Counted from the first letter of the stretch, positions 9,614 to 20,269 are shown. The stretch is 64,000 nt of DNA from Bacillota bacterium (GCA_012798695.1 JAAZMR010000046.1:2316-66315); one strand, 5' to 3'. Notes: generated by a model from the sequence alone, not told the origin. Made by a program: numbers and translations.

Positions 9614-11527
9614 TCAGGAGTGCTCAAACGCCTGATAGAGGACAGCGCCCTGAGTATCCCGCGGCACTGCTACATCAATGAACTCACAAATTGTCGGCAC
9701 AATGTCCGTTAGCCACACCGTCCGATCTAGTGTGGCGCCCCGGCGAATGCCAGGTCCCCTCATGATCAGTACTGATGAGTTAGAACACAGCCCCCATCTG
9801 GCGGTTGACAGTTGCTCTCCATGAACTCCACCAAACGGCTCCCGAAGGGTAAACAGAATGTCGCCAACTTTCTGCCCACTGGGATCGCCATAGAGTCCTA
9901 CATAGCGCATATCCCCTTTTCGTAAAACTAGGTTAAAGGGATGAAGGCTTGTGGTTGGCTCTACGTAAGCATGCAAGGCCGCCTTTATCTCATCACAGGT
10001 CCGATCAAACTCTTCAGGAGGCACTATTCCTTCCGGTTCACGACCCTGGAGATTGACGTTGACAAATATCCCATTCTGAACATAGGCACGGGTCTGGTCC
10101 CAAATAACCTCACCCTCCGCATTACGGACCAGCAATCTTGCTTCTTCCAACACATCATGCACATTGATGCGGATATGACCGGGCAATCCGCCATGATCAC
10201 TGATCACGAAGATCGCAGTATTCTCATCAGCCTGATTCATAATCTGACCCAGCATCCGATCCACACTCTCATAAAGCTGTTCAATGAATTCGAGATACTT
10301 ATCTCCGATTTCTCGATCGCTATTTGCAGCCGGATCAGCTACCCCTAGGCAATGATGGTGGGCACAGTCAATGCAGTGGACTTGAAGCATACAAAGAGCC
10401 CAATCCCGAGTCTTGGTCAGATAATTCACAGCATTGGCCATCCACTGATGTTGGTAATCGGCGAGCTCCAACATCACCGAAGTGTCAAACCAAGCACTAC
10501 GCCAATCGTGACCGAGACCCTCCCAGCCGATATCAGTTATAAAGGGACCAACATTCTCATATAGCTCTCTGCCTATAGGTTCTGGGAAAGCAAAATGCTC
10601 AATATCCATAATCTGGGTAGCGTAAATGCTCACCAACTCTCCGTCTCCCGACAATCTTTCTAACTTAAAACGGAGCGTGCCTTCTCGCAAACCGTCAACT
10701 GTATCAAACTCTTCAGCTAACCAAGGTGACCACTCTCCTAGCCCCAACTGCGCTATCTTATCGCTGGCCGATGGATCTTTGGCAATGACAACTCGATTAT
10801 ATTCTTCGCCATTTCCCGCGTACACAAAAACATAAAAAATCTTACCTGGCGGTAAAAGCTTACACACTGGTGTATTGATACCAATGTTTTCAGGCTTGGG
10901 CTTCTCGCGATCGGGGACTCCATAGAGGGCTGTACCCTCGTCCATTCCTTCAAATGAATGCCCTCCTAGACCGCGTGCCTCAAATACCATCTCTCCCATC
11001 AACACTGGCTTACTGCTCTTGGGCAGAGCAACCGTGCCCCCCAGTTCTCGCAGTTTCAATGGGGCATTTCTCGGTTCTTCGGTAGAGAAGAGATGTGCCC
11101 CATCGATCTGATGCGCACAGGGTCTGACATGGCACCCGCATACTTGAACTCCGGTACTCATCGTTGGTGGGTGCGAAGCCGGATATTTGAGTAAGATGCT
11201 TTGCTTGCCCGCCCGCTCCACTGCATCCCAAATAAACTCGGCCTCGCTTTCCTTTGAACTATACCCTGACATCCAACCACCGTGGAGCTCAGGGGGTTGG
11301 AAAACCTGAAAAGACATAACTTGATGCGTGCCATTCCAGGCACCAGTAGCGATAGTAGTCCAGTTTTCAGGTGTCGAGGTGGGTAAAGATGAAAAACAAT
11401 GGGGTGCAAAAGTTCCTTCTTCGAGCATTCGGCGGAAATTCGGAAGCCTACCGTCTTGAATGAGGCGAAGGATAAACTCAGGGCTTGCCCCATCCACTCC
11501 AATAAGAATGCACTTCTTGTCCTTCAA
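9614..11527 (-). CDS. Alkaline phosphatase superfamily protein (type I phosphodiesterase / nucleotide pyrophosphatase-like)
   Basis: N-terminal metal-site motif CILIGVDGASPEF.. and an internal ..FVISDHGG.. typical of the AP/NPP/sulfatase-like fold. 637 aa. Confidence 0.7.
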   Translation of the reverse strand: MKDKKCILIGVDGASPEFILRLIQDGRLPNFRRMLEEGTFAPHCFSSLPTSTPENWTTIATGAWNGTHQVMSFQVFQPPELHGGWMSGYSSKESEAEFIWDAVERAGKQSILLKYPASHPPTMSTGVQVCGCHVRPCAHQIDGAHLFSTEEPRNAPLKLRELGGTVALPKSSKPVLMGEMVFEARGLGGHSFEGMDEGTALYGVPDREKPKPENIGINTPVCKLLPPGKIFYVFVYAGNGEEYNRVVIAKDPSASDKIAQLGLGEWSPWLAEEFDTVDGLREGTLRFKLERLSGDGELVSIYATQIMDIEHFAFPEPIGRELYENVGPFITDIGWEGLGHDWRSAWFDTSVMLELADYQHQWMANAVNYLTKTRDWALCMLQVHCIDCAHHHCLGVADPAANSDREIGDKYLEFIEQLYESVDRMLGQIMNQADENTAIFVISDHGGLPGHIRINVHDVLEEARLLVRNAEGEVIWDQTRAYVQNGIFVNVNLQGREPEGIVPPEEFDRTCDEIKAALHAYVEPTTSLHPFNLVLRKGDMRYVGLYGDPSGQKVGDILFTLREPFGGVHGEQLSTARWGLCSNSSVLIMRGPGIRRGATLDRTVWLTDIVPTICEFIDVAVPRDTQGAVLYQAFEHS

Positions 11528-11575
11528 ACAGATCTTCCTCCCCGCTTAATGTACATATAGTGTCTTCATCAGCAC

Positions 11576-11615
11576 TCTAGCGATCAGGCCCCGAAACCGG
11601 AGCCTGATCGCTAGA
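11576..11615 (-). terminator. Stem-loop downstream of the SBP5 gene
   Basis: Inverted repeat tctagcgatcaggc ... gcctgatcgctaga (about 13 bp arms) 37 nt after the stop of the 11653..13587 gene. Confidence 0.45.
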
Positions 11616-11652
11616 AGTATCACTGGATCCTACTAGTCTTATCTTCTGTCTC

Positions 11653-13587
11653 TTATTGCTTAAAGAAAAACTGCTCAGGATAAGCGTTTGCAGGAGTCTG
11701 AAGTGCGTCGTCCCAAATGATTCTATCGGGCACATTCCGGAAGTTGTTCTTCACGATAGCTAATTGAGGAGTTTCCCCGACTGCACCTATCATCCAGATA
11801 TTGTCCTTATGAATATCAGTCATTTCCCTAAAGAGTTCGTCCCTCGCACCTTCGTCGGCCGTGGCCTTCACTTCTTCCCAAATCTCGAAAATGCGCTTGA
11901 CCTCTTGAGGCGGTTCTTCCCCGGCTTTACCTTGTGAGGTATACCACTGCCCCCAAAGCGGTGCCCAAGGGCTATCACCGTAAGCAGTGCCCAGGAGCCT
12001 ATCTGGGTTGATTAGGAGAATATTAACCCGCCGCATATCCCATACTCCGATTTCGACCTCATTTGCATTGCATCGGACATTATATAGAGAGCGGTCTTCA
12101 GGTTTTAGCACCGCCTTGATACCGATATTCGCCCAGTACCTGGTGGTGACCAATTCCAGGACATCATCCCAAGGTCCAAAGACCCCAGAAGCAAACTCAA
12201 TCGTCAGTGCCAACGGCTTACCATCGAGTCCGAGCCTATACCCCTCTGCATCGTACTCAGTCAGCCCCAACCCATCCAGAAGTTTGTTGGCCATATCTGG
12301 ATTAAATTCTGCATATGCCTTCTCCCATTCAGGATTAAAGTTGGGGGAGGTGCTGACCACAGCGGCCTGACGAGGCTTCCCCAACCCGTAGTAGACTAAC
12401 TCATTAAGTTCCTCACGGTCGATCGCCAAAGAAAGAGCAACTCTAAAATCCTTTTCCCTGAAGAGTTTCTTCAGTTGATCATCCTGAACGTTTTGGTTAA
12501 TATAGAGCACCGGACAGCTTGCGTTGGCGTCAATCCACGTCATAACTCTGTAATCACCTTTGGCCCTATTCTCCATGAATAAGGGATAGTCGGTTACCGC
12601 GATATGACGATTCTGCATGTCAAGCTCTCCACTTAGAGCTCGCATGTTAATGATTTCCTTATCTTGTGTAAGCTCATGGACCATTTTATCAATATATGGG
12701 AGCTGATTGCCTGCGGTATCGACTTTATAGAAATACGGGTTTCGCTCTGCAACCATACGCGTTGTGGTGTTGGAAACCATTTTCCACGCGAACACAACGG
12801 GTAACTCTGGGTTTTGGAGCCAATCTTCTTTCGCCGTAAAGAATTGATCCCAAGAATGGAATCCATCCGCTTCAACCATAGCCTGAATTTCTTCTTCGGG
12901 CACGTAATCAATATGAACTTTCTCTAGATAATGCCTCGGTGCATAAAAGCCGCCATAAAGGGCTTGACGGTGAACAAAAATCGGATATGGCTTGGCAAAT
13001 TTCAGCCTAAAGGTGTAATCATCTACTTTCTCCAGAGTAGGCGCTTCCCCATCTGTGGATAGCCATTCAGGTACTATTGGATTTAAGTCCTTGTTGAGAG
13101 TGATATCTTCATACCAAAACACCACATCATCGGCAGTGAATGGATGTCCATCGGACCATTTGACTCCTTTTCGCAGATAGAAGGTAAATGTAGTTCCATC
13201 GGGGGACATTTCCCATCTCTCAGCTAGATCCGGTTGAAGCTCACTACCATCGGCATTGAAACGAACGAGACGTACATGCCCAGCTACTTTATTGGGCCCA
13301 GAGCTGTCTGATAAACCCATCCAGCACCTTCTCCACGTCCCACCATATTGCCCGACCTCTTGCAAGGGCTCAACAACAACAGGGTTCTCAGGAAGTCTCT
13401 CTTCTACTGGTGGAAGTTTACCCTGCTTTACCAGTTCAAGTAACTCAGGTGCTTCGGAGTATTTCGCTTGTGCAAAGGACGGAGAAACACAAATACCAAG
13501 ACCAAGACCCATGATAACGGTACAGACGATGATAAGCATTAACTTCTTTCTCGTCACTGCAAGTCGCTCCAACCATTTTTGAATCAC
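11653..13587 (-). CDS. ABC transporter substrate-binding protein, family 5 (oligosaccharide/oligopeptide type)
   Basis: 644 aa with an N-terminal signal/anchor (LMLIIVCTVIMGLGLGIC). The family-5 SBP architecture begins with the QGKLPPVEERLPENP motif. Confidence 0.8.
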   Translation of the reverse strand: MIQKWLERLAVTRKKLMLIIVCTVIMGLGLGICVSPSFAQAKYSEAPELLELVKQGKLPPVEERLPENPVVVEPLQEVGQYGGTWRRCWMGLSDSSGPNKVAGHVRLVRFNADGSELQPDLAERWEMSPDGTTFTFYLRKGVKWSDGHPFTADDVVFWYEDITLNKDLNPIVPEWLSTDGEAPTLEKVDDYTFRLKFAKPYPIFVHRQALYGGFYAPRHYLEKVHIDYVPEEEIQAMVEADGFHSWDQFFTAKEDWLQNPELPVVFAWKMVSNTTTRMVAERNPYFYKVDTAGNQLPYIDKMVHELTQDKEIINMRALSGELDMQNRHIAVTDYPLFMENRAKGDYRVMTWIDANASCPVLYINQNVQDDQLKKLFREKDFRVALSLAIDREELNELVYYGLGKPRQAAVVSTSPNFNPEWEKAYAEFNPDMANKLLDGLGLTEYDAEGYRLGLDGKPLALTIEFASGVFGPWDDVLELVTTRYWANIGIKAVLKPEDRSLYNVRCNANEVEIGVWDMRRVNILLINPDRLLGTAYGDSPWAPLWGQWYTSQGKAGEEPPQEVKRIFEIWEEVKATADEGARDELFREMTDIHKDNIWMIGAVGETPQLAIVKNNFRNVPDRIIWDDALQTPANAYPEQFFFKQ

Positions 13588-13901
13588 AGTTCGCTCGATC
13601 GCACTCCACTAATGAACATCTTTACACTCAAACCCGTTGCCTCACCTCCACTCTTTAGCCCGTAGTTTACTGATGTCTGCTTCGGCTATCCTTTCTACGG
13701 TTTTGTAACATTTTTCCGATAGCTACTATAGTAATTCCCGGTTCTTTACCAAAATCCTTCCATTCCACTGTTTTGCCTCATAGTCACCCTTAAAGGCTCG
13801 TTGCAATGCCACCAGCACTATTTCATCTATTTGTCAACTCAGCCATCCACAAGTTGCCGGGAAATATGGATATGCACACTTTTGCTATATCTTCGGATCA
13901 T

Positions 13902-14984
13902 CTATCTATTCCCGTACTTTTCCACGGCATAGCATATTGCTCGCAGGTTCTCAAAAGAGGTTCCCGGACAAATGCTCCCCACCGTACTCACAATCAGCTG
14001 GCCCGTATTGCCTGCCTGTTCAATATCTCGTTTAACACAATCGATCACATCTTCTGGCTTTCCATAAAGCAAGACATCCAGTGGGGGCACCTGTCCCCGA
14101 ATGGTCACATCTGGCATCTTTTCTAGGATATCTGGAACTTGGATATAGGGATCGACGTTGACTTCATTTACTCCGATTTCCCGCAAGGCATCCAAGTGTT
14201 GAATCATATGGAAGTCAGCATGATAATGCCGCACATCATTTTCTCCAGGAGCAAACTTCTCAAAGATCTCTCGTTCTGCTTCCATCATAAAGTCTCGATA
14301 CAAGCTAGGTGATAACATGCCTGTTACGTCACTTGCCAGTGAGAAACCACTCCGTTCTGCAGGATAGCCTGTGACTTCCCGCATCACCTGCATGTATCTG
14401 ATCCCAGTATCTACCCAACACCGCACCAGTCTTTTAATCTGGTCGGGATAGATCATGATCCATGTCAAGAAGTTGGTGATTGAGCAAATCTGCCCCAAAG
14501 TTGTGGCACAGCCTTTGATGCCCCAGCCGTAAGCCACATCAATGTCATAATCCGCCTTCAGTCTTTCCCTCCACTCAAGGAACTTAGGGACAAGCCCTTG
14601 ATTGAGCAGATCAACATCCTCCATTTTCTCCACCAAGTGATCAATTTCTTCTGGGGAATTAACTACCGGATCAAGTGTAGGGGTAGCGTTGTGTCTGTAA
14701 TTCACTTTGCCCCCATATATAGAAGCATCCATCACTACACCAAAATCGATGGCGGGCTTGATTGATATCCCCAATTCCTTCTCCGTTATTGCACTACACT
14801 TGAGCCTATGCTTCTGCTGGTAGGCATAATCACTATAATACTTGGAGTTGTCCAGCTGCAGATATTCACATATCCAATCCCCATCCAGGGCTATGCCGAT
14901 GGGAACTCGTTTGCTTGTTCGCCCCTCACGAAGACTCTGCTCGTTCTTTAGCCAGAAGTTGCGGAGATCTAACTTGTAATCCAT
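13902..14984 (-). CDS. Uroporphyrinogen decarboxylase (URO-D)-like family protein (MtaA/CmuA-type fold), function unknown
   Basis: 360 aa with overall similarity to URO-D family proteins, which are often found in carbohydrate loci. RBS AAGGGAGCAGGG. Confidence 0.65.
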   Translation of the reverse strand: MDYKLDLRNFWLKNEQSLREGRTSKRVPIGIALDGDWICEYLQLDNSKYYSDYAYQQKHRLKCSAITEKELGISIKPAIDFGVVMDASIYGGKVNYRHNATPTLDPVVNSPEEIDHLVEKMEDVDLLNQGLVPKFLEWRERLKADYDIDVAYGWGIKGCATTLGQICSITNFLTWIMIYPDQIKRLVRCWVDTGIRYMQVMREVTGYPAERSGFSLASDVTGMLSPSLYRDFMMEAEREIFEKFAPGENDVRHYHADFHMIQHLDALREIGVNEVNVDPYIQVPDILEKMPDVTIRGQVPPLDVLLYGKPEDVIDCVKRDIEQAGNTGQLIVSTVGSICPGTSFENLRAICYAVEKYGNR

Positions 14985-15312
14985 ACACCCTGCTCCCTTA
15001 AATGTAATTGTAGAAGATAACTCTTCAGTCTAAGTTTACTAGAATCTTGCGTCTCAGTACATAGACAATCTTTCTCCATTTGGACAATTTTGGCCTGATG
15101 CATATATCGCTGGTGATGCCTGATCGGGTCTGGTTGATAGCGTGGGTAGCTTTCATCTGTTCGAGATATCTCGGTCAAGCTGCGGTGAGCTGGGGCATTG
15201 CTGGAAACGAAAGAAAGCTGCTATAATGAACATGAAGGCACCAATCTTTTCTCAAACAACCTAATGGACTTATCTAAAATACTACTCGCTGATCAGAAAC
15301 GGAGGGAAGCAA

Positions 15313-16164
15313 GTGCAAGGCCTGGGCACTAGATTTGCTGATCTACAAAACATGACCCCTCATTTCATCAAGGTCGTAGAACGAATCAGCACCCCTAGTT
15401 GGCGGATTGCGGAAGGAGCTTATCAAAGCCACAACCTGATCTTAATATATGATGGGTTGATGATCCTCGAGGCTGGTGGCCAAGAATACACGGCTACCTC
15501 GGGAGACATGGTCTATTTCAGAGCCAATGAACAACGAAAAGCCAGAACCGTGAATCACTCCCTGCTGCGCTGCTTTTCTGTAGACTTTCTATATGCCTGT
15601 CTCATCTGGGATGAGCCCGGCTGGCAGCTAGCCCAACCACCACTTCCCTTTGATACCATAGAGCCTGTAACTGACTCAATCCTGTTCTCTAGGTTGCTGG
15701 GGCTATTCTCTGATCTAAACAAGGAATGGCATTCAACCAAATATAACCGGATCAATCATTGCCGCGCGCTCTTTACGGATATCATCACCTCCCTCCTGCT
15801 AACTAAGGGCGGGTTACAGGTCAACTATGATAAGATCCAAAAAGTCGAGCGAATTATTACCTATCTAATCGATCACTATCGCCAACCCATCGTGTTGGCG
15901 GATCTGGCTCAAATAAACCAAATCAGTATTCCTTATACCAGCAAGATCTTCAAAGAGGTAACCGGCATGACCCCTTTCGAATACTTATCTGATATTCGGA
16001 TCAGTAAAGCGAAAGAGCTGCTCACTGATGGCCATTCGGTATCCGATACTGCTCTACAAGTCGGTTTTACTGACCCGGCCTACTTCAGCAGACGCTTCAA
16101 GCAAAAGGAAAGAGTCAGCCCCCTTCATTATCAGCTCATGGTCCGTCGAGCACACATTGAGTGA
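15313..16164 (+). CDS. AraC family transcriptional regulator
   Basis: C-terminal double HTH of AraC/XylS (..ISIPYTSKIFKEVTGMTPFEYLSDIRISKAKELL...TALQVGFTDPAYFSRRFKQ..). The N-terminal half looks like a cupin-type effector domain. GTG start with GGAGGGAAG upstream. Confidence 0.85.
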   Translation: MQGLGTRFADLQNMTPHFIKVVERISTPSWRIAEGAYQSHNLILIYDGLMILEAGGQEYTATSGDMVYFRANEQRKARTVNHSLLRCFSVDFLYACLIWDEPGWQLAQPPLPFDTIEPVTDSILFSRLLGLFSDLNKEWHSTKYNRINHCRALFTDIITSLLLTKGGLQVNYDKIQKVERIITYLIDHYRQPIVLADLAQINQISIPYTSKIFKEVTGMTPFEYLSDIRISKAKELLTDGHSVSDTALQVGFTDPAYFSRRFKQKERVSPLHYQLMVRRAHIE

Positions 16165-16322
16165 CCTCATACCGGCTAACTAGGCACTGGAAACCTATTG
16201 TCAAGTAGAAGCCCATGAGCCTTGCACAGATCTACCTTTATTCAGATCTCAGGCCATGGTCTGTGGTATAATTGAGTGGCTATTCGACCAGACACAGCCG
16301 AAAAACAGGAAGGGGAACCGCC

Positions 16323-17228
16323 TTGAATGACACTACCAAAGGATACATGTGGCTCTTTTTGACAATCACCGTTTTTAGCACATATGAAGTTGTGGGCAGT
16401 ACCTTGGCACAGGATATCCACCCACTATGGGTTAATACCATCCGATTTTCCATAGGTGGTTTGGTCTTGCTCCCTTTGGCGATCAAAACCATGCACGAAA
16501 AGCAGCTCCGATTGCGAAGTAAAGATCTACTAGCTCTTTTCGGTTTGGGGCTTTTGAATGCTGGAGTATGTATGAGCCTTATGCAGTATAGCCTGCAGTA
16601 TACAGAGGCTTCCACCGCTGCTGTACTAGTTAGCAGCAACCCCTTGTTTGTATCTCTCTTGTCTGTTTTTATTTTCAAAGAACCGCTCACCAAAGACAAG
16701 ATCGCGGCTGTCCTTGTGGGAATTACCGGTATGATCCTGGTAGCCGGCGGACTCCGCCTAGAGAATGCCTTAGGGCCTATGCTAGCCACTGCGGCATCAG
16801 TTGTATGGGCTATATATACAGTGGCTGGCAAAAGGCTATCCCAGCGCTATGGCAGCCTCGTACTCAACTCCTTTTCATTTCTCTTAGGAGGTGGCTTCTT
16901 GCTTATCCTTGCCACTGGCCTCGGCATCCCGCCAACAGGAATCAAGGGTAATAACCTGCTGCTCCTCATTTATTTAGGAGTGATCGTTACAGGTATAGGC
17001 TACTATGCGTTTTTCACAGGGCTGCTGTATCTCGATACCACGATAGGGGCCGCAGTCTTTTTCTTTAAGCCCGTATTAGCGACTCTTTTTGCCTTCCTCT
17101 TACTGGGAGAGCCAATAACCGTAGGCAAGATAGCTGGTACTATGGTTATCTTGGTTGCTATGGGACTGGTCATGCCTCCGATCAAGAAAACTGCTCAAAA
17201 GATCTTGGGCACCACATCCGGCTCATAG
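16323..17228 (+). CDS. EamA/DMT superfamily transporter
   Basis: About 10 predicted TM helices in two EamA repeats. Start is ambiguous: TTG at 16323 with GGAAGGGGA 7 nt upstream, or ATG at 16347. The track start at 16272 lacks an RBS. Confidence 0.8.
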   Translation: MNDTTKGYMWLFLTITVFSTYEVVGSTLAQDIHPLWVNTIRFSIGGLVLLPLAIKTMHEKQLRLRSKDLLALFGLGLLNAGVCMSLMQYSLQYTEASTAAVLVSSNPLFVSLLSVFIFKEPLTKDKIAAVLVGITGMILVAGGLRLENALGPMLATAASVVWAIYTVAGKRLSQRYGSLVLNSFSFLLGGGFLLILATGLGIPPTGIKGNNLLLLIYLGVIVTGIGYYAFFTGLLYLDTTIGAAVFFFKPVLATLFAFLLLGEPITVGKIAGTMVILVAMGLVMPPIKKTAQKILGTTSGS

Positions 17229-17531
17229 AGCCCGATGTGCCCCTTGAGTCAACCGGAAACCAGCTGAGGGAGTCAGATCTCCTTTACTGGGAACAGCCTT
17301 CCACTTCAATCGGTAATCACACCACCCAGCAGGCCTGCAGGGCATTCTAGAACAGCTATATGAAGCCACCGTAATTAACGCGGTGCTGCTTCTGTCCCCC
17401 TGATGTTTATTCTAAATACTGCGATCAATGCCGTATTTCAGAGATTGCCCCACTATGATCCGTCTAGTTCGTTATAAGTGCTCTTTTGCCCATTTTGCAT
17501 TATGTTCTGTTCTTTATGTATTATATGATTA

Positions 17532-17598
17532 GACCGGTAATGACCGGTTGAGCACGTGGCGCTTTTCTTCGTACAGTAAGACACTGGTCGTGACCGGT
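17532..17598 (+). promoter_or_regulatory. Three copies of the palindromic-core motif (T)GACCGGT upstream of the GntR/LacI regulator and sugar ABC operon
   Basis: gaccggt at 17532-17538, 17542-17548 and 17592-17598. The last copy overlaps a -10-like tactataac about 30 nt before the RBS of the regulator gene. Confidence 0.3.
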
Positions 17599-17627
17599 AT
17601 ACTACTATAACAGAAGGAGCCTACGTA

Positions 17628-18743
17628 ATGCCATTAGACATGCATGGAGCAAATGTGCAGCATCAAAGGATTCGAGAGATCATTCTCGATAGGATTATTT
17701 CCAAGGAGTTTACTCCTGGTGAAAAGATACCATCTGAACGAGAACTATGTGAGATATTTTCCGTAAGCCGAACCACAGTCAGACGCGCCCTGGATGATCT
17801 TGTAGCAGAGGGTGTATTATTTCGCATCCCAGCCAAGGGTACATATGTGGCCGCATCCAGTCTGACCATTAATCGCAACACCGGTAATATCGCGTTTATT
17901 CGCTGCTATCGCCGGAGTCCTCTCTCATCAATTAATGACGACATTTTCTACCCCAGAATTCTCACAGGCGTCGAGACCACGATTTCTAAAAATGGTTATC
18001 ACTGCTTAGTTCAATCAATCAACGAAAATGACTATAGTGATCAGGTAGTATCCCAACTGACTCAGAAAGTTGATGGCATCATTTGCTGTGAACTCCGCAA
18101 TCAAAGATTCCTGGAACGATTGCGGGCGACCCAATTGCCCTTGGTTCTGGTCAGCCCTTCAGTCATACATAACAATGTGGATATAGTCGAAATCAGCAAC
18201 AAACAAGGCGCCATAGATGCGGTAACCCATCTTATAGAACTAGGGCACAGACACATAGCCTTTGTTGGCGGTTCACCCAACAGTCGGCCGTGTAGAGAGC
18301 GGGAAGCCGGATACATACAGGCATTAACAGACAATGGATTACCAATTTCATCTGATCACATGATCTCTCTGGGATGGCGGCAAGCTGATGGCCAGAGAGC
18401 GATGACTCAGCTGTTAGAGACACAACCTGCCCCAACGGCTATCTTTGCTGCCTCTGACCTGCTCGCACTAGGAGCATGTGATGCTGCCCATGCGGCAAGA
18501 ATCCAAATCCCTGAGGAACTTTCCATCATGGGCTTTGACGATATCGATATGGCTGCCCAAGCAAAACCGGCTCTCTCCACCATTCTGGTAAGAAAGATGG
18601 AAATGGGGCAGTTGGCCGCCCGGCTGATTCTAGAGCAGCTTAGTGGCAAGAGAAACTACCCCATCAAGGTCGTCGTGCCCACTCAGATAATTGAAAGAAA
18701 CTCTACCGGCTGTATGAAGACACTGGCAACAGCCAATCGCTAA
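17628..18743 (+). CDS. AraR-type hybrid regulator: N-terminal GntR wHTH plus C-terminal LacI/PBP1 sugar-binding domain
   Basis: GntR HTH signature (..PSERELCEIFSVSRTTVRRALDDLVAEGVL..) followed by about 280 aa of periplasmic-binding-protein type 1 fold (LacI/GalR effector domain). RBS GAAGGAG. Confidence 0.85.
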   Translation: MPLDMHGANVQHQRIREIILDRIISKEFTPGEKIPSERELCEIFSVSRTTVRRALDDLVAEGVLFRIPAKGTYVAASSLTINRNTGNIAFIRCYRRSPLSSINDDIFYPRILTGVETTISKNGYHCLVQSINENDYSDQVVSQLTQKVDGIICCELRNQRFLERLRATQLPLVLVSPSVIHNNVDIVEISNKQGAIDAVTHLIELGHRHIAFVGGSPNSRPCREREAGYIQALTDNGLPISSDHMISLGWRQADGQRAMTQLLETQPAPTAIFAASDLLALGACDAAHAARIQIPEELSIMGFDDIDMAAQAKPALSTILVRKMEMGQLAARLILEQLSGKRNYPIKVVVPTQIIERNSTGCMKTLATANR

Positions 18744-18853
18744 ACCGGCAAAACCTCAATCTCTAGGGGGTGATATGTTCTAAACCTTTAGCATTTCAGT
18801 CATAAGCAATCAGCAGGCGACAGAGTCGCGACAATGAAGGAGGTTTTTGGGTA

Positions 18854-20197
18854 ATGAGACTAAAACGTGTACCGAGTCTGGTACTAGTCATGTTGCTGAC
18901 ACTTACTCTGGGCTTAGTATTCTCAACCACCATCTATGCCAAGACCACAATTCGGTTCATGGGATGGGGCAGCATTCAGGAAAAGAATAATGTTGAGAAA
19001 GCCATCGCAAGATTTGAGCAAGAAAACCCAGACATTGAGGTTCAATGGATACACGCACCTGAGAACTACCTACAGAAGCTCCAGATCATGATTGCCGGCG
19101 GCACCCCTCCCGATGTGTTTTGGGTGGCCACCGATTACTATGAGGAGTTTGCTACCAAAGGTCTCCTCCATGACATTACCAAGTTCCTGGAATCTGATCC
19201 GGTAATAGGGGCTCCCGATTACTTCATCCAGCCACAAGAAAAAGACCGCATGTTCATTGATGGCAAAGCATATGGAATCGGTTCTTGTTGGGTCTCCATA
19301 CACCTATACTATAACAAAGATATCTTTACAGCAGCAGGAGTAGAACTTCCCCCCTCTGATCCGGATGCTGCCTGGACCTGGGAGGAATTCGAGGAGATTG
19401 CTGCCAGATTAACTGTCGATAGTAAAGGCCGTACAGCTTTGGATGCTGGGTTTGATCCTAATGATGTAGTACAGTTTGGCGTGAATATCCCCACTTGGTG
19501 GTTACCTTTGCTGTCCGTGATCTGGTCCCATGGCGGGACATTCTATAATGAGGACCACACTGCCTGTACCGTCGATCACCCCAAGACACTAGAGGCGATC
19601 GACCGGGTGGCCGATCTCATGAAACGGGGAATCGCCCCTCGTTCGGCAGCATTCCAGCAGGTGGGCATGACCGCACAGCAGATGTTAGCCACCGGCAAGG
19701 TAGCTATGCATATTAGTGGCTCTTGGGAGCTGCAGGATCTAGCGCTGATGGATTTCGAGCTAGGAACCGGCATCGTACCACGGCCTAGAGATGGTGAGCC
19801 GGTTACCGCTATCCAGGCACATATGCACAGCATCTATGCCAAAACCAAATATCCTCAAGAATCCTGGCGGTTACTCAAATTCATCTCCTCTGATGAATAT
19901 CAGCGGGATCTTGTAGCCGCTGGGCTGTGGCTGCCTAGTCATACGAGTCTGATGACAGAAGCAGGCATCAACAGCTGGTGGAACCCTGCCGTTCACCCAC
20001 CGGAGTATGTAGGTGTTGGACTGGACTACATGGAGAAATACGGACGCACAGTCGTAATGCCTCCGGGAGCTGTAAAGGCACTCCAGGCATTTGAGCAGGC
20101 GCTCGACCCTGTGTGGTTGGGTCGGGAAACGGCTGCAGATGCTGTCAAGAAAGCTCTACCTCAAATGAATGAAGCTCTGCGAGAAGCAGCTGAGTAA
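18854..20197 (+). CDS. Sugar ABC transporter substrate-binding protein (CUT1, SBP family 1)
   Basis: Signal peptide/anchor LVLVMLLTLTLGLVF plus family-1 SBP motifs (..IRFMGWGS.., ..GTPPDVFWV..). RBS GAAGGAGG. Confidence 0.9.
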   Translation: MRLKRVPSLVLVMLLTLTLGLVFSTTIYAKTTIRFMGWGSIQEKNNVEKAIARFEQENPDIEVQWIHAPENYLQKLQIMIAGGTPPDVFWVATDYYEEFATKGLLHDITKFLESDPVIGAPDYFIQPQEKDRMFIDGKAYGIGSCWVSIHLYYNKDIFTAAGVELPPSDPDAAWTWEEFEEIAARLTVDSKGRTALDAGFDPNDVVQFGVNIPTWWLPLLSVIWSHGGTFYNEDHTACTVDHPKTLEAIDRVADLMKRGIAPRSAAFQQVGMTAQQMLATGKVAMHISGSWELQDLALMDFELGTGIVPRPRDGEPVTAIQAHMHSIYAKTKYPQESWRLLKFISSDEYQRDLVAAGLWLPSHTSLMTEAGINSWWNPAVHPPEYVGVGLDYMEKYGRTVVMPPGAVKALQAFEQALDPVWLGRETAADAVKKALPQMNEALREAAE

Positions 20198-20269
20198 GTA
20201 CAGCTCATATGGGAGGATAGCCCTCTATCCTCCCATCATTAACCGAGGCATGAGAAAGGGTGACTACAT

